In this document: positions 1 to 11,429 of the stretch, piece after piece
Numbering within the stretch: position 1 is the stretch's first letter
How the letters are laid out: the number at the start of each line of letters is the position of its first letter
Source: Macrostomum hystrix
Lineage: Eukaryota; Animalia; Platyhelminthes
DNA length: 64,000 nt
NCBI GenBank assembly: GCA_950097015.1
Contig: CATNEN010000030.1
Location: 3,906,001-3,970,000, forward strand
Direction of reading: 5' to 3'
Program-made: the position numbers and the translations under genes
The notes under the pieces: model-generated
Databases searched by the model: none
The model's input: the letters and a program-made list of their open reading frames with translations, nothing else
Told to the model about the DNA's origin: nothing

Positions 1-447
1 AATGCTAAGTCAGTCTAGATAAAGGTAGGTGACCACCGAAGACGGAGATGATGCAGGCACATTCGGGTGACATGCTGATAAACTTTGGCGAGGCCGCACT
101 GAGGCGCAGACCCCGGCAGTACTAATTCGTGTATAGGAGCATATGAAATACACTAGCGCTTATGGGAAAAATCTGAGCTTTCGGCCAGAACCATTGAATA
201 TCTCGACGGTCTGAAGAGCTGGCGACTTGATTTTTGTTTCAGAAGATGCGCAACAAAAAGTTGGCCCGTTTTCTTGAGTTTTGTGTTTGCGTTGCTCCAT
301 TTGGGTGCAGTACAAAATTTGTCAGGGGGAAATCCCCCTCGGTAGTTCTACTGTTAATTGAAAAATATGGCCATCCAGTCCCAGACAAGTCGCATAACAC
401 TAATAAGATAGCGAGGCTTTAGACTATCGAAATGTACAGTTGCTCAC

Positions 448-2136
448 TGAATTGAATATTCTCGCTTGAAAATCGACCCGCTCTTATCCGGCTCAGTTGC
501 AGACGACTCGGCTGACTCGGCCTGAATTGGCAGCTTTGAGCCGCTGTCGCCGTCCCACAGGGTTGAGTTAGTGAATTCTTGAGTGTAGCCGGGCAGGCGG
601 GAGCAGGTGCCAGCTTCTGGCGCCTCCTCGGGTGTAGCTGACGTAGCCAAGCAGTAACTGGCTGTGCCATTAGCCCTGGAGATTGCCTGGTGAGTGAGCA
701 CGGTCTTGTCATTGCAAGGGACCACCTTCGGACCGGTGCTTAGTGCGGTCAGGTAGCTGGGTACCTTGTCTAATAGATTTGCACCTGCATCATCGTCTGC
801 TTCTTTTGATGACGCTGAATTAGACTTTGGAATAGTTGATGCGCCAGTCTTTCTGCGTCGCTGGTTGCTAGGCAACGAAGAAGTCGCCCGCGATCGTGAA
901 GTGTCGATATCAGCTTCGCTGGCCGACTGCTGCTTTTTCTGCTGACACTTCATTGAAGGCTTTCGACGCTTCGGTGGTGGCTCCTTGAAGACTGACGCCG
1001 ATGCAACGTCGATAGCGTCGGCTCCAAAAGCGTCATCAGAAACAGACGCTGCCGAATACTGTTGCAGCGTTTTACCTAAGGCTGGAGGCGGCGACTCTGG
1101 CAGGCTTGGTCCACCGTCATCGTCGTCGAGAACGAATGCGCCAGGAAACAGTTCCGGATGCGTGGGCGGATCCCAGGTGGTGTCAATGTCTGGCGGGTGA
1201 AGATGTTAGGCGATTACAGACTTCATATAAAAATATCTACACTGAATCAGTCCTAAGGGAAAGGCTGAATCAGTACAGAGGGAAAGGCTGAATCAGTCCT
1301 GAGGGAAAGGCTGAATCAGTCCTGAGGGAAAGGCTGAATCAGTCCTGAGGGAAAGGCTGAATCAGTCCTGAGGGAAAGGCTGAATCAGTCCTGAGGGAAA
1401 GGCTGAATCAGTCCTGAGGGAAAGGCTGAATCAGTCCTGAGGGAAAGGCTGAATCAGTCCTGAGGGAAAGGCTGAATCAGTCCTGAGGGAAAGGCTGAAT
1501 CAGTCCTGAGGGAAAGACTGAATCAGTCCTGAGGGAAAGGCTGAATCAGTCCTGAGGGAAAGGCTGAATCAGTCCTGAGGGAAAGGCTGAATCGGTCCTG
1601 AGGGAAAGGCTGAATCAGTCCTGAGGGAAAGGCTGAATCAGTCCTGAGGGAAAGGCTGAATCGGTCCTGAGGGAAAGGCTGAATCAGTCCTGAGGGAAAG
1701 GCTGAATCAGTCCTGAGGGAAAGGCTGAATCGGTCCTGAGGGAAAGGCTGAATCAGTCCTGAGGGAAAGGCTGAATCAGTCCTGAGGGAAAGGCTGAATC
1801 AGTCCTGAGGGAAAGGCTGAATCGGTCCTGAGGGAAAGGCTGAATCGGTCCTGAGGGATAAAAGGCGAAAAGACAAATCAGCCTGCAGTACAGCATTCTT
1901 TAGCATGAAAATATGTAGCCAATTTAATTTTTACTGCTAACATCATTTTTTAATTAACACTACACACCATAAGATGCAGCGCCGCAACTATCAGAATACT
2001 GCCGATCAATAACATCAATGGAACAACTGATTGGCGATCGGTCAAACAGCACATTTGGCAGCAAATCTTGGCTGCAACTGCTGCCTAGGCTGCTGCTGTC
2101 GCTGTTACTACTGCAGCTCTGATGATCTAAGTTCAT
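448..2136 (-). CDS. Hypothetical Ser/Pro-rich protein, partial multi-exon model
   Basis: Exons 2136-1968 (MNLDHQSCSS...GAASY) and 1189-448 join in phase 1 across a GT..AG intron (TATG|GTGTGT ... CGCCAG|AC), giving ...ASYDIDTTWDPPTHPELFPG... continuous with ORF 444-953. The 5' end (an AG directly precedes the ATG) and the downstream exons are unresolved. No family recognised. Confidence 0.45.
1243..1858. repeat. 23-bp intronic minisatellite (GGGAAAGGCTGAATCAGTCCTGA), about 27 copies
   Basis: Direct tandem periodicity of 23; lies in intron 1190-1967 of the minus-strand gene. Confidence 0.95.
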
Positions 2137-2385
2137 CTTAAATTGAAAAAAATTCACAAAAATGCAAAAACTACTTATTCAATACCTTAGTAAATGCTTG
2201 TAAAAACATTTTTCATATTAACTAAGATTTTTCTTTCAGCAAGATGGCTTTGTGTTTGATGTATAGAGCTTTAAATAAATAATCTGTACAGAAAACTCTC
2301 CACTAAAATATATTTTCTAGACCACTTATTCTGACCAGCAGTCCCCTATATATACAAGGCAGAAAAAAATCTGAATTTAATAGTA

Positions 2386-2922
2386 GATAATTTTCTGCTT
2401 ATCCACATGGCAGCTTGGATGAATAGGTCTAAAACTATTTATATAAATATGCTGTGCCGTTAATTTCAATTTTATCCACACGGTTCTGTTCTTTGAAACG
2501 AGGCCCTTTTGGGTTTGAACGTTTTGTTGAACCCTCGAGCCAATAGATAGACAAAGTTGCCAGTGTGTTACGATAGTGTTCTACATTTCGACCTACACAT
2601 TCATTAACCAACATTAATGTCATCCTTTTTAATTATTGTAGTAACAACTTACTAAATCTTTTGTCATCGTTACATGTTTTCATTTGAATTGTATTGACTT
2701 AAAAAGTAAGAAGTCTATCTATCAAATAAAATCATACGAGTCAACCAGCAGAATTCTAGTCAGCACCAAACTCATCACACATAATACACTATGCATTGAT
2801 AGTGTACACTATACACTATACTCTGAAGCAAAAGGCTTATGCTCAGAGAAGAATAGGCAGGGACTTAAAAGTAGAGCTATTCATACAAGCTGCGATGTGA
2901 TGTGGATAAGCAGAAAATTATC
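2386..2922. mobile_element. Candidate fold-back/MITE-like element with inverted arms of about 46-51 bp
   Basis: GATAATTTTCTGCTTATCCACAT..GCAGCTTGGATGAATAGGTCTA (2386-2431) is the near-perfect reverse complement of 2872-2922 (one 5-nt indel, a few mismatches). No TSD seen. Confidence 0.4.
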
Positions 2923-5346
2923 GGCAGAAATCTGTGTGGATGAAATTGAAATTATCGTCACGGGACCATGGGAATAAGCACTTCCATAAAACAAACTATG
3001 CTTAGGAAACTAGTGACTATTGATAAGTTATAAAGCAATTAACAAATCAATATTGTTGTACAAACAATAAGTTATTTGTATTAAGCAGCACAAACCTCAC
3101 ATTGAACAAAATTGCAAATATATTGCTTTACGAATAAAATAATTTTGTTAGCAAAAGTCAAGATATAAACAGCAGCAGTGTCACATCACAAATTAGCAAT
3201 GTTAGAAGTGTCTTTGAACTTTATTTGTTTTTTTGTCACTTGTTAACCAGACTGGACTGAAACTGATTTGCACATTGCATTGCACAGTTTTCATTTCTTA
3301 AAAAATATATAACTTGGTTCTGTGTGATTAATTGATGTGTCTGCCCTGAATATGACCGATTGTAGATAAAACGTAAAACGTAAACATAAAACGTAGATTA
3401 ATAAAAGATCTAATAGAAATAGTTTGAAAATTGCTTCTTGTAAAGCTAGGCTACAACAACCATATTTATGATTGTGACTAGTCCATAACTAATTCTAAAT
3501 GCTACAGTACTGAGGCTGCCTGAGGTGGTTAAATAGAATAACTAATTGCTAAGAACAGATAAATATATCGATATAGATGGGGCCTACCTAGAAAAATTTT
3601 TGTAGCAGGATATTCCGTTCGGAAGTGATTGTGATTGTATGTAACTGGGTCAACACAGAAAATGATTCCCAAATTCATAAATCCAGAGGTTTTTTAAGTG
3701 AAAGTAAGTAGTTAATCAAAGCAATTGTTGCGATGTCCATATGTGACTTTGGCCTACCTTACCTTATTTTCTATCTGCATTGCTATCATATTGTAACGTC
3801 GTCAAGATTGTCGCCTCACTTATTTAAAAAATGGTTTAAGATATTAAACAAATTATATTGCTTTACATAGCAAAATATGTGAACTTACGTTATTCAGCTA
3901 GTTTAGGACAAAACAAATTTAAGAAATAAAATATTTTAGCAATTAAAGAAAAAAAATTGTTGTATGGTTTATTTACTCCAGCGATATTAAAATATAGTTT
4001 TATAATTCATTTTTTACTATGGCACTAAATTCTTTTATGACGTATGATACGTAACTGTGTTAATATATAAACAGCTAGACCATAGTAGACTGTCATCTGC
4101 ATTGTATTAAAATTATAATATTGTCATGTATCTATATTTTGGCTTGTTTTATCTTGTAACAGTAGTAGCAACTATCTCTGCAGTTCCTAAATTCTTTCAG
4201 CAGGCCGTTACCACAGCCTTTGCTGCTGCAAGCTTTTTCACTATTATAAGCATATATAATCATTATATTAATAAAGAAATTGTTTTGAGTTTTTAGATTC
4301 TTCCTAAATTACTTTTTACATTTGTAGGCCCTATTGCCAACTAAATGTAAAACTTGAAATTATCTTAAACAATTTCAAGTCTGACATTACATATAAATAA
4401 TATTCTATATGTACAAGTATAGAAAGCTTTAGTTTTAGTAACTAGCTACTACAACAGCAAAGTTATTTTCTAGTTACCTATATAATGTAGCATATTTAGA
4501 GTGGTTCTGTAGAATCATTACCTCAGTTTATTGTTGGAAATTGTTTAAAACTAATAATGCTTTCATTGTTTTTAGTTAGTCATTTAAATTGAAAAATTTA
4601 AGTTGTCTGATTAATGCTTGAGTGGGAGAAAGTTGATATAATTAATATTTTAGTGTATATTAAATTTCCTCTAAATTTTCTCCATTATTTCCTTGTACTT
4701 CTTAGCAATTTTAAAGATTGATCAAAGCAGTGCAAAAATCAAATATTTCTTAACTTAGAGCTCCAAAATAACATAAATAATTTAGGTTAGTCGCTAGCTA
4801 GACTAATTTTGCTACTTATTACTAAAAATATTTTTTTGTGTTAGTGGCATTTGAAAATACTTTTTTAAATAAGCAGAATGTCATATGGCTTATGTGTGAA
4901 AAATTCTATGTATGTTCTTTTATGATGTATTATTAGATTAATACACTGTTTAATTTGCTTATAACCTGCAAAATTGCCAACATAAACATTAAACAATATA
5001 GTTCATATTAGGGTATGCATGATTTTATGCTTTAATGTGCTACAAATAAAAGTATTTGGTTAAAAGGAAAATTTTTATTACCATAAGAGACTCTCAGGCA
5101 TCAGTTTGAAATATTTATGTCTTTCTGTCTTAACATTGTTGAGTTAACTCTTTAATGTATAAAAAATAACAATGTATGAATTGATCTGGTATCACTTTTA
5201 AAAGCACAGTAGATAAGACACATATTCAAGCTTTTTATTAGAATTTTTGCTATAAAAAGCTGTAAGGGTAAAAAACTATATTATAAACTAAATTTTCAGA
5301 CATTTCTGTTCAATGTGGTAAGCTGAGAGTGAGTGCAGCTAGCAAC

Positions 5347-8300
5347 ATGATGGAAACTGAAGAGACTAGGTAAGAATTCATGATAAAAAATTATCCTTAA
5401 CTTACTTTATCTTCACCTTTGTCCCTTGCATAAAATTTATAGTTCTTTTGGCAAGATTGTGAAGATCTCGAAGATTAGCGACTCAGTGGTAAATCCTGAG
5501 CCAATTAAAATTGATGACAATGTCCTGCTGGATGACTTCCTTAGTCCTCGTCGACTGGTGAGTAATGTTTGTGGTTAATAGTCTTGTCGTTCCCTATAGT
5601 TGTGTCACCTTTTCTCACCTGTCTATCTGCACAGCGCGCGCTGACCGGCGTTGATGACCTTGAGAAGGTGACGCAGCTGGAGATGCAGGTGGACACAGGC
5701 GAGGCCAGCCTTGGAAACTTCGGCGTCCACCTGCCCAACCTGCGCCAGCTCAAGCTATCTAACAGCATCATACCGTCTGTCCGGGACCTCGGCTCCTGCC
5801 TTTTCAACCTTAGCGTGCTGTGGATGCCCCAGTGCTGCCTAGAGAATCTCGATGGCATTGCTAGCATGTCGCGCCTCAGGGAGCTCTACCTCAGCTACAA
5901 CGAAATTGTTGACGTGTCTCCGTGCGGCATGCTGGAACACCTGGAGATACTCGATCTGGAGGGGTGCGTAGATGGCTGGCCTTGTTGATGAGATATTCAT
6001 TTATAATCCACTTTACTATCTAAATTATAAATGACGTCAAAGATAATGACGGCTCCTGGGATGGAGTAAGCTCAGGTGACAGAACACCTGGGATGGAGTA
6101 AGTCCCTAACAACTAATTGCATACAATAAAATATTTTAACCTCATTTCAGTAACCTCATTGACGACATACACAACGTCATGTACTTGTCAATGTGCTCGC
6201 AGTTGAGGCAGCTGTCTCTGGAGGGAAATCCCGTGTGCACTCGACCAGCGCCAAAGGAGGAAGCTGTGAGTCTCTGCTTAGATTGGAGGGCCAATCTTAA
6301 AGTAGACAAGGCTAAGCATTTATCAGATATCCAGCAAACACAATCTACTCAGCAAATCCCATTGAGTTTCAAACAATAAAATCCCACCGGGTTTCATCAC
6401 CTAAATCCCATCGAGTTTAACATCCCAATCCCATCGAGTTTAACATACAAATCCCACCGAGTTCAACATCCAAATCCCACCGAGTTAAAAATCCAAATCC
6501 CACCGAGTTCAACATCCCAATCCCATTCATTTCAACATCCCAATCCCATTAAGTTCAACATCCCAATCCCATCAAGTTCAAAATCCAAATCCCACCGAGT
6601 TCAACATCCAAATCCCACTGAGTTAAAAATCCAAATCCCACCGAGTTCAACATCCAAATCCCACCGAGTTAAAAATCGAAATCCCACCGAGTTCAACATC
6701 CAAATCCCACCGAGTTCAACATCCAAATCCCACCGAGTTCAACATCCAAATCCCACCGAGTTAAAAATCCAAATCCCACCGAGTTCAACATCCCAATCCC
6801 ATCGAGATCAACATCCCAAAGCATCGAGTTCAACATCCAAACCCCACTGAGTTAAAAATCCAAATCCCACCGAGTTCAACATCCCAATCCCATCGAGATC
6901 AACATCCCAAAGCATCGAGTTCAACATCCAAACCCATCGAGTTAAACATCCAAATCCCACCGAGTTCAGCATCCAAATCCCACCGAGTTCAACATCCAAA
7001 TCCCACCGAGTTCAACATCCCCATCCCATCGAGTTTCATCACCCAAATCCCATCGAGTTCAAAATCCAAATCTCATCCCAAGTTTCTAAACGTAGCTCAC
7101 CCAAAGCCCCTCCAGGCCGGATACAACTATCGTGAGGAGGTGCTCCGAATGCTGCCCGGCCTGCAGTGCCTTGATGACGTGCCAACCGGCGAGCGCGACC
7201 CGAATCCGCAGCTGCGCCAGGCCACTCTGCAGTTCGACGAGCACTGGAGCTACATAAACAGCCTGCTGCAGGAGTCCGGCATGCTGGCCGCGGCCAACTC
7301 CTCAGAGAGTCTCGACACATCGTCTGGTATCGGCAGCACCCTGCCCAGCTCCCACCGGCCGCGCACCGGCGTTTCAACGGCCGCCGGCTCCCTGCCGCCT
7401 AGGCCGCAGTCGGCGCTGAGGATGCCCAGCGCGCAGAAGCGCCTCATGACCTCCAAGGGTCGGCCTGGCACGGCTAACAACCGGCCCGGCACCGCCCTCA
7501 TCCGCCCCGGGTCGGCTGCCTCTAACGCTAGCAGCGCCGATGGTGAGAATTGCGTGCTCTGCTGTGCCCCTCTTCATAGCCCCGCTGTGCAACCATCTTC
7601 TCTGTCTTGCACCCTCTCAGTGTCTTGCATGCTCTCTTCTGACTTGCACTCTCTCTTCTCTCTGACTTGCACCCTCTCTTCTCTGTCTTGCACCCTCTCT
7701 TCTCTCTGACTTGCACCCTCTCTTCTCTCTGACTTGTACCCTCTCTTCTCTGACTTGCACCCTCTCTTCTCTCTGACTTGCACCCTCTCTTCCCTGTCTT
7801 GCACCCTCTCTTCTCTCTGACTTGCACCCTCTCTTCCCTGTCTTGCACCCTCTCTTCTCTCTGACTTGCACCCTCTCTTCCCTGTCTTGCACCCTCTCTT
7901 CTCTCTGACTTGCACCCTCTCTTCCCTGTCTTGCACCCTCTCTTCCCTGTCTTGCACCCTCTCTTCCCTGTCTTGCACCCTCTCTTCCCTGTCTTGCACC
8001 CTCTCTTCCCTGTCTTGCACCCTCTCTTCCCTGTCTTGCACCCTCATTCTATAAATATATCTTTGTGTCCTACAGCTTTTCGCACCTAGATTCAGAGTCT
8101 AACAGACTCCATTGCTAATTTTCCTGGGTCTTAGAAGTTTGATAGTCTTAAACTTAAAATTAACCAAAGTAAAATTTCGGAAACCCATCCCAGACCTGAT
8201 GGACCGATCGGACGAGTCGGCTCTGACCGCCGGCAATGTGGTCTGCGGCAACATCAGCAAGGCCCTGCGTCGGCGTCGCAGCCCGCAGTCTGGCGGCTCT

Positions 8301-9039
8301 GGCAGATCGGTGGCGTCGCAGGCGCCCGCGCCGTCATCGGCTGGATTTGATCGCCGGCCGCAAACGGCATCGGCTGGGTTCTTTGCTAGACGCAGCGCCA
8401 CAGGATTCGAGCTTAGTCACCGGCTACAGCAGAGAGGCCAGCAGCAGCAGCAGCAGCAGCATCGGCAGCCGCAGCCAGAGTTTAAAGACGATGCCACATT
8501 TGAACGGGATCACGCCAAGCTAGTTGCTGAGCTGAAGTCTTGGAAAGTAGAATACGAAAAGTGAGTCCCGAGAGCATCTGTTCTCATCGGGGATTCGAAC
8601 TCAGGGCACTGTGCTAAGCCTAAAAATAGCAAATGTACTTTTAAATTTGCCCAGGTCTGTTCGCCGCATCCGTGACGAGCGAGCGCCTCAGGTGCTGTCC
8701 GTCACCCACGACGAGAGCATCGAACTGCGCTGCTCCGATGACGACGAAGATGACGACGATGACATTGATGACCGCGACTCGGACGCCGGCGCTGGCTCTG
8801 CCGTGGCTGCTCAGTCGCCGCCGCCGACCGGCATCGCCGGCTCCGGCTCGTTGTTTCATCGCGGCGCTCTAACAGCCGCCGCTGGGGCTTCAAGGCCACA
8901 CACAGCCGCCGCTTCGGCAGACCTGGCCCCGCTGTCGGCGGCTTCTTCGCTCAGTTCGCGGCTGCGGCGTCAGATGCCGACTGCTGGCGGGGCCGCCGGC
9001 GGCCTGCTGCCCAATCGATTGTCGCTCAATACCAAGTAG
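5347..9039 (+). CDS. LRRC56: Leucine-rich repeat-containing protein 56 (ciliary dynein-arm assembly/transport factor)
   Basis: Seven exons in consistent phase: 5347-5369, 5443-5557, 5635-5963, 6151-6265, 7116-7542, 8194-8560, 8655-9039. Motifs recalled from human LRRC56: LSPRRL-RALTGVDDL, VDTGEASLGNFGVHLPNLRQLKL, LDLEGN, LSLEGNPVC, YNYREEV, CGNISKALRRRR. Confidence 0.9.
6345..7080. repeat. 23-bp minisatellite (AAATCCCACCGAGTTCAACATCC) in LRRC56 intron 4
   Basis: Tandem periodicity, degenerate at the edges. Confidence 0.9.
7585..8047. repeat. 21-23-bp pyrimidine-rich minisatellite (TCTTGCACCCTCTCTTCCCTG / CTCTCTGACTTGCACC) in LRRC56 intron 5
   Basis: Tandem periodicity; accounts for spurious ORFs 7528-8054. 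Confidence 0.92.
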
Positions 9040-9149
9040 ATGCTGGCTGGCTGACTGCTGCCTTCGCTCAACGCCGCGAGACACTTCAGAAATGGTCATT
9101 TGTTGCGTTTTCTATTTCCTTTTTAAAAAGGCCATTGATTTGATCCAAT

Positions 9150-9790
9150 GATCGCCCAATGATCATCACCCAATGATCCCACACTGCGAATCACTCTATG
9201 ATCCCACACAGGGAATCACACTATGATCCCACACAGGGAATCACACTATGATCCCACACTGAGAATCACCCAATGATCCCACACTGAGAATCACCCAATG
9301 ATCTAACACAGGGAATCACCCTATGATTCCACAATGAGAATCACCCTATGATCCCACCCAGAGAATCACCCTATGATTCCACACTAAGAATCACCCAATG
9401 ATCCCACACTGTGAATCACTCTATGATCCCTCACAGGGAATCACCCTATGATCCCACACTCCAAATCACCCTATGATCCCACACTGAGAATCACCCTTTG
9501 ATCCCACACTGATAAATCACCCTATGATCCCTCACTGAGAATCACCCTCTGATCCCACACTGATAAATCACCCTATGATCCCACACTCAAAATCACCCTA
9601 TGATCCCACACTCAAAATCACCCTATAATCCCACACTCAAAATCACCCTATGATCCCACACTCAAAATCACCCTTTGATCCCACACTCAAAATCACCCTA
9701 TAATCCCACACTCAAAATCACCCTATGACCCCACACTCAAAATCACCCTATGATCCCACTCTCAAAATCACCCTTTGATCCCACACTCAA
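9150..9790. repeat. 25-bp minisatellite (ATGATCCCACACTCAAAATCACCCT) 3' of the LRRC56 stop
   Basis: Tandem periodicity of 25, homogenising toward the 3' end. Confidence 0.9.
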
Positions 9791-11019
9791 GCACCAAGTT
9801 TGCTCCACAACGAAATGTTGAAAATTTAAAATAAAAAGCAACTATTTTTTTTGATAACTTTCTCTTTTACTTCGCTTTGTTTTTATGTTTTTGCTTTTTT
9901 ATCGATACGAGTAGTCAGTTGCTAACTGAAATAATGACTTTGTTGAATGAAAAACTAAAATCTAGCTTGCTTTCAAAAATTAGGTACTGAGTTATTTATG
10001 CCACAGTTAAATAAATAAATAAAGATCAAAATTGATAGTCTTTTAAATATCAATTTTTACTTTCCGTCCTGAAACAAAAAAATAAATTTCTGTTTTTCGT
10101 TTTTTTTTGCTTTCAATGTGCCTTTTGCGGAATAAACTTGTTACTATCTTATTGTTTTTAACTCGGCCCCCTTTCCTGGTGCTTAAGAATTTTTCTTGTG
10201 TAAATTTTATTTAAAGCAAATGCACAGTTAATTTTGGGACACATTGATTTATTTGTTCGTATTTTTGCCACCATTATTCGGTTCCCTCTTTGATCTTGAA
10301 GCCATTCCTATTTCTATTCCTATTCTCCATTGAGGCCCGTCTCAGATTTAATAGCAAATTTTCATCCGTGTTAATTTAGATTTTCGTCTAGCGAGTTGTG
10401 ATTTTGCGACTATATTTTATACATGTTTCTGTGCGTACGAATGTACTCATATTTGACTACTTATAAGTAGGACGCTCTGCTTAATGCCTCCCTTCGTTCT
10501 AGCATAAGCTAAAAATAGCTTTTGTACACTCAAACGCTGGCCCCTCAGACCGCTGCGCTTCAAGCCCCACCACAGAATTAACTTACTGATATGAAATACT
10601 TGCAGAGTTAAATAGAAAACAACATTTTCTCCGTGCCTATCTTTTTCTTCTCCAAGGCTGTTCGCTGACCAAAAATGTCACTTCGACTTGACTAATTTCA
10701 AGTGCTTTTACAGCAGCATATTAATTTAGAATTACTAGGCAGTTCTCTCGGTTTTTAAAATTGTCACTCTTAGCACTAAGAACATCAGCCGTTGATTTAT
10801 TGTCTTCAATTCACAATGAGCGTTTTGGGTTAAGCAGCCGATCCCCAATTCTCGATTCCCAGTCGTGGATATCCGAACCATATTAAATCGACAGGACCTA
10901 GTGATCTAGAATCATTAACATCTTATTATTGTCTCCAATCATTGATCCCTAATCATTTATCCCTAATAACCAATCCCGATTATCGATCTCCAATATTAAA
11001 ACCGTGATATTCTATGCCA

Positions 11020-11270
11020 AAATATTGATCCCCAAGCACTAATCCCCAAGCATTGATCCCCACTCACTGATTCCCAAGCATTGATCCCTACTCACTGATC
11101 CCCACTCACTGATTCCCAAGCATTGATCCCTACTCACTGATCCCCACTCACTGATTCCCAAGCATTGATCCCTACTCACTGATCCCCACTCACTGATTCC
11201 CAAGCATTGATCCCTACTCACTCACTGATCCCTAATAATTGATCCCCATAATATATTGATCCCCAATCGC
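11020..11270. repeat. 42-bp higher-order repeat built from about 14-bp TGATCCCCACTCAC subunits
   Basis: Four near-exact 42-bp copies with degenerate TGATCCC-based flanks, just upstream of the caspase ATG. Confidence 0.85.
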
Positions 11271-11429
11271 GGAACCCCAAACATGTATCCCTAATCATAG
11301 ATAGATAATAATTTTTACTAAATGACTCATCGTTAATCGTTGATCCCCAATCAGTGATCTAAATTATCGAACTAATCTATAGATCCCCAATAACTAATCC
11401 CTCCCAAATTTCCAGCCAGCTCGCAATCA

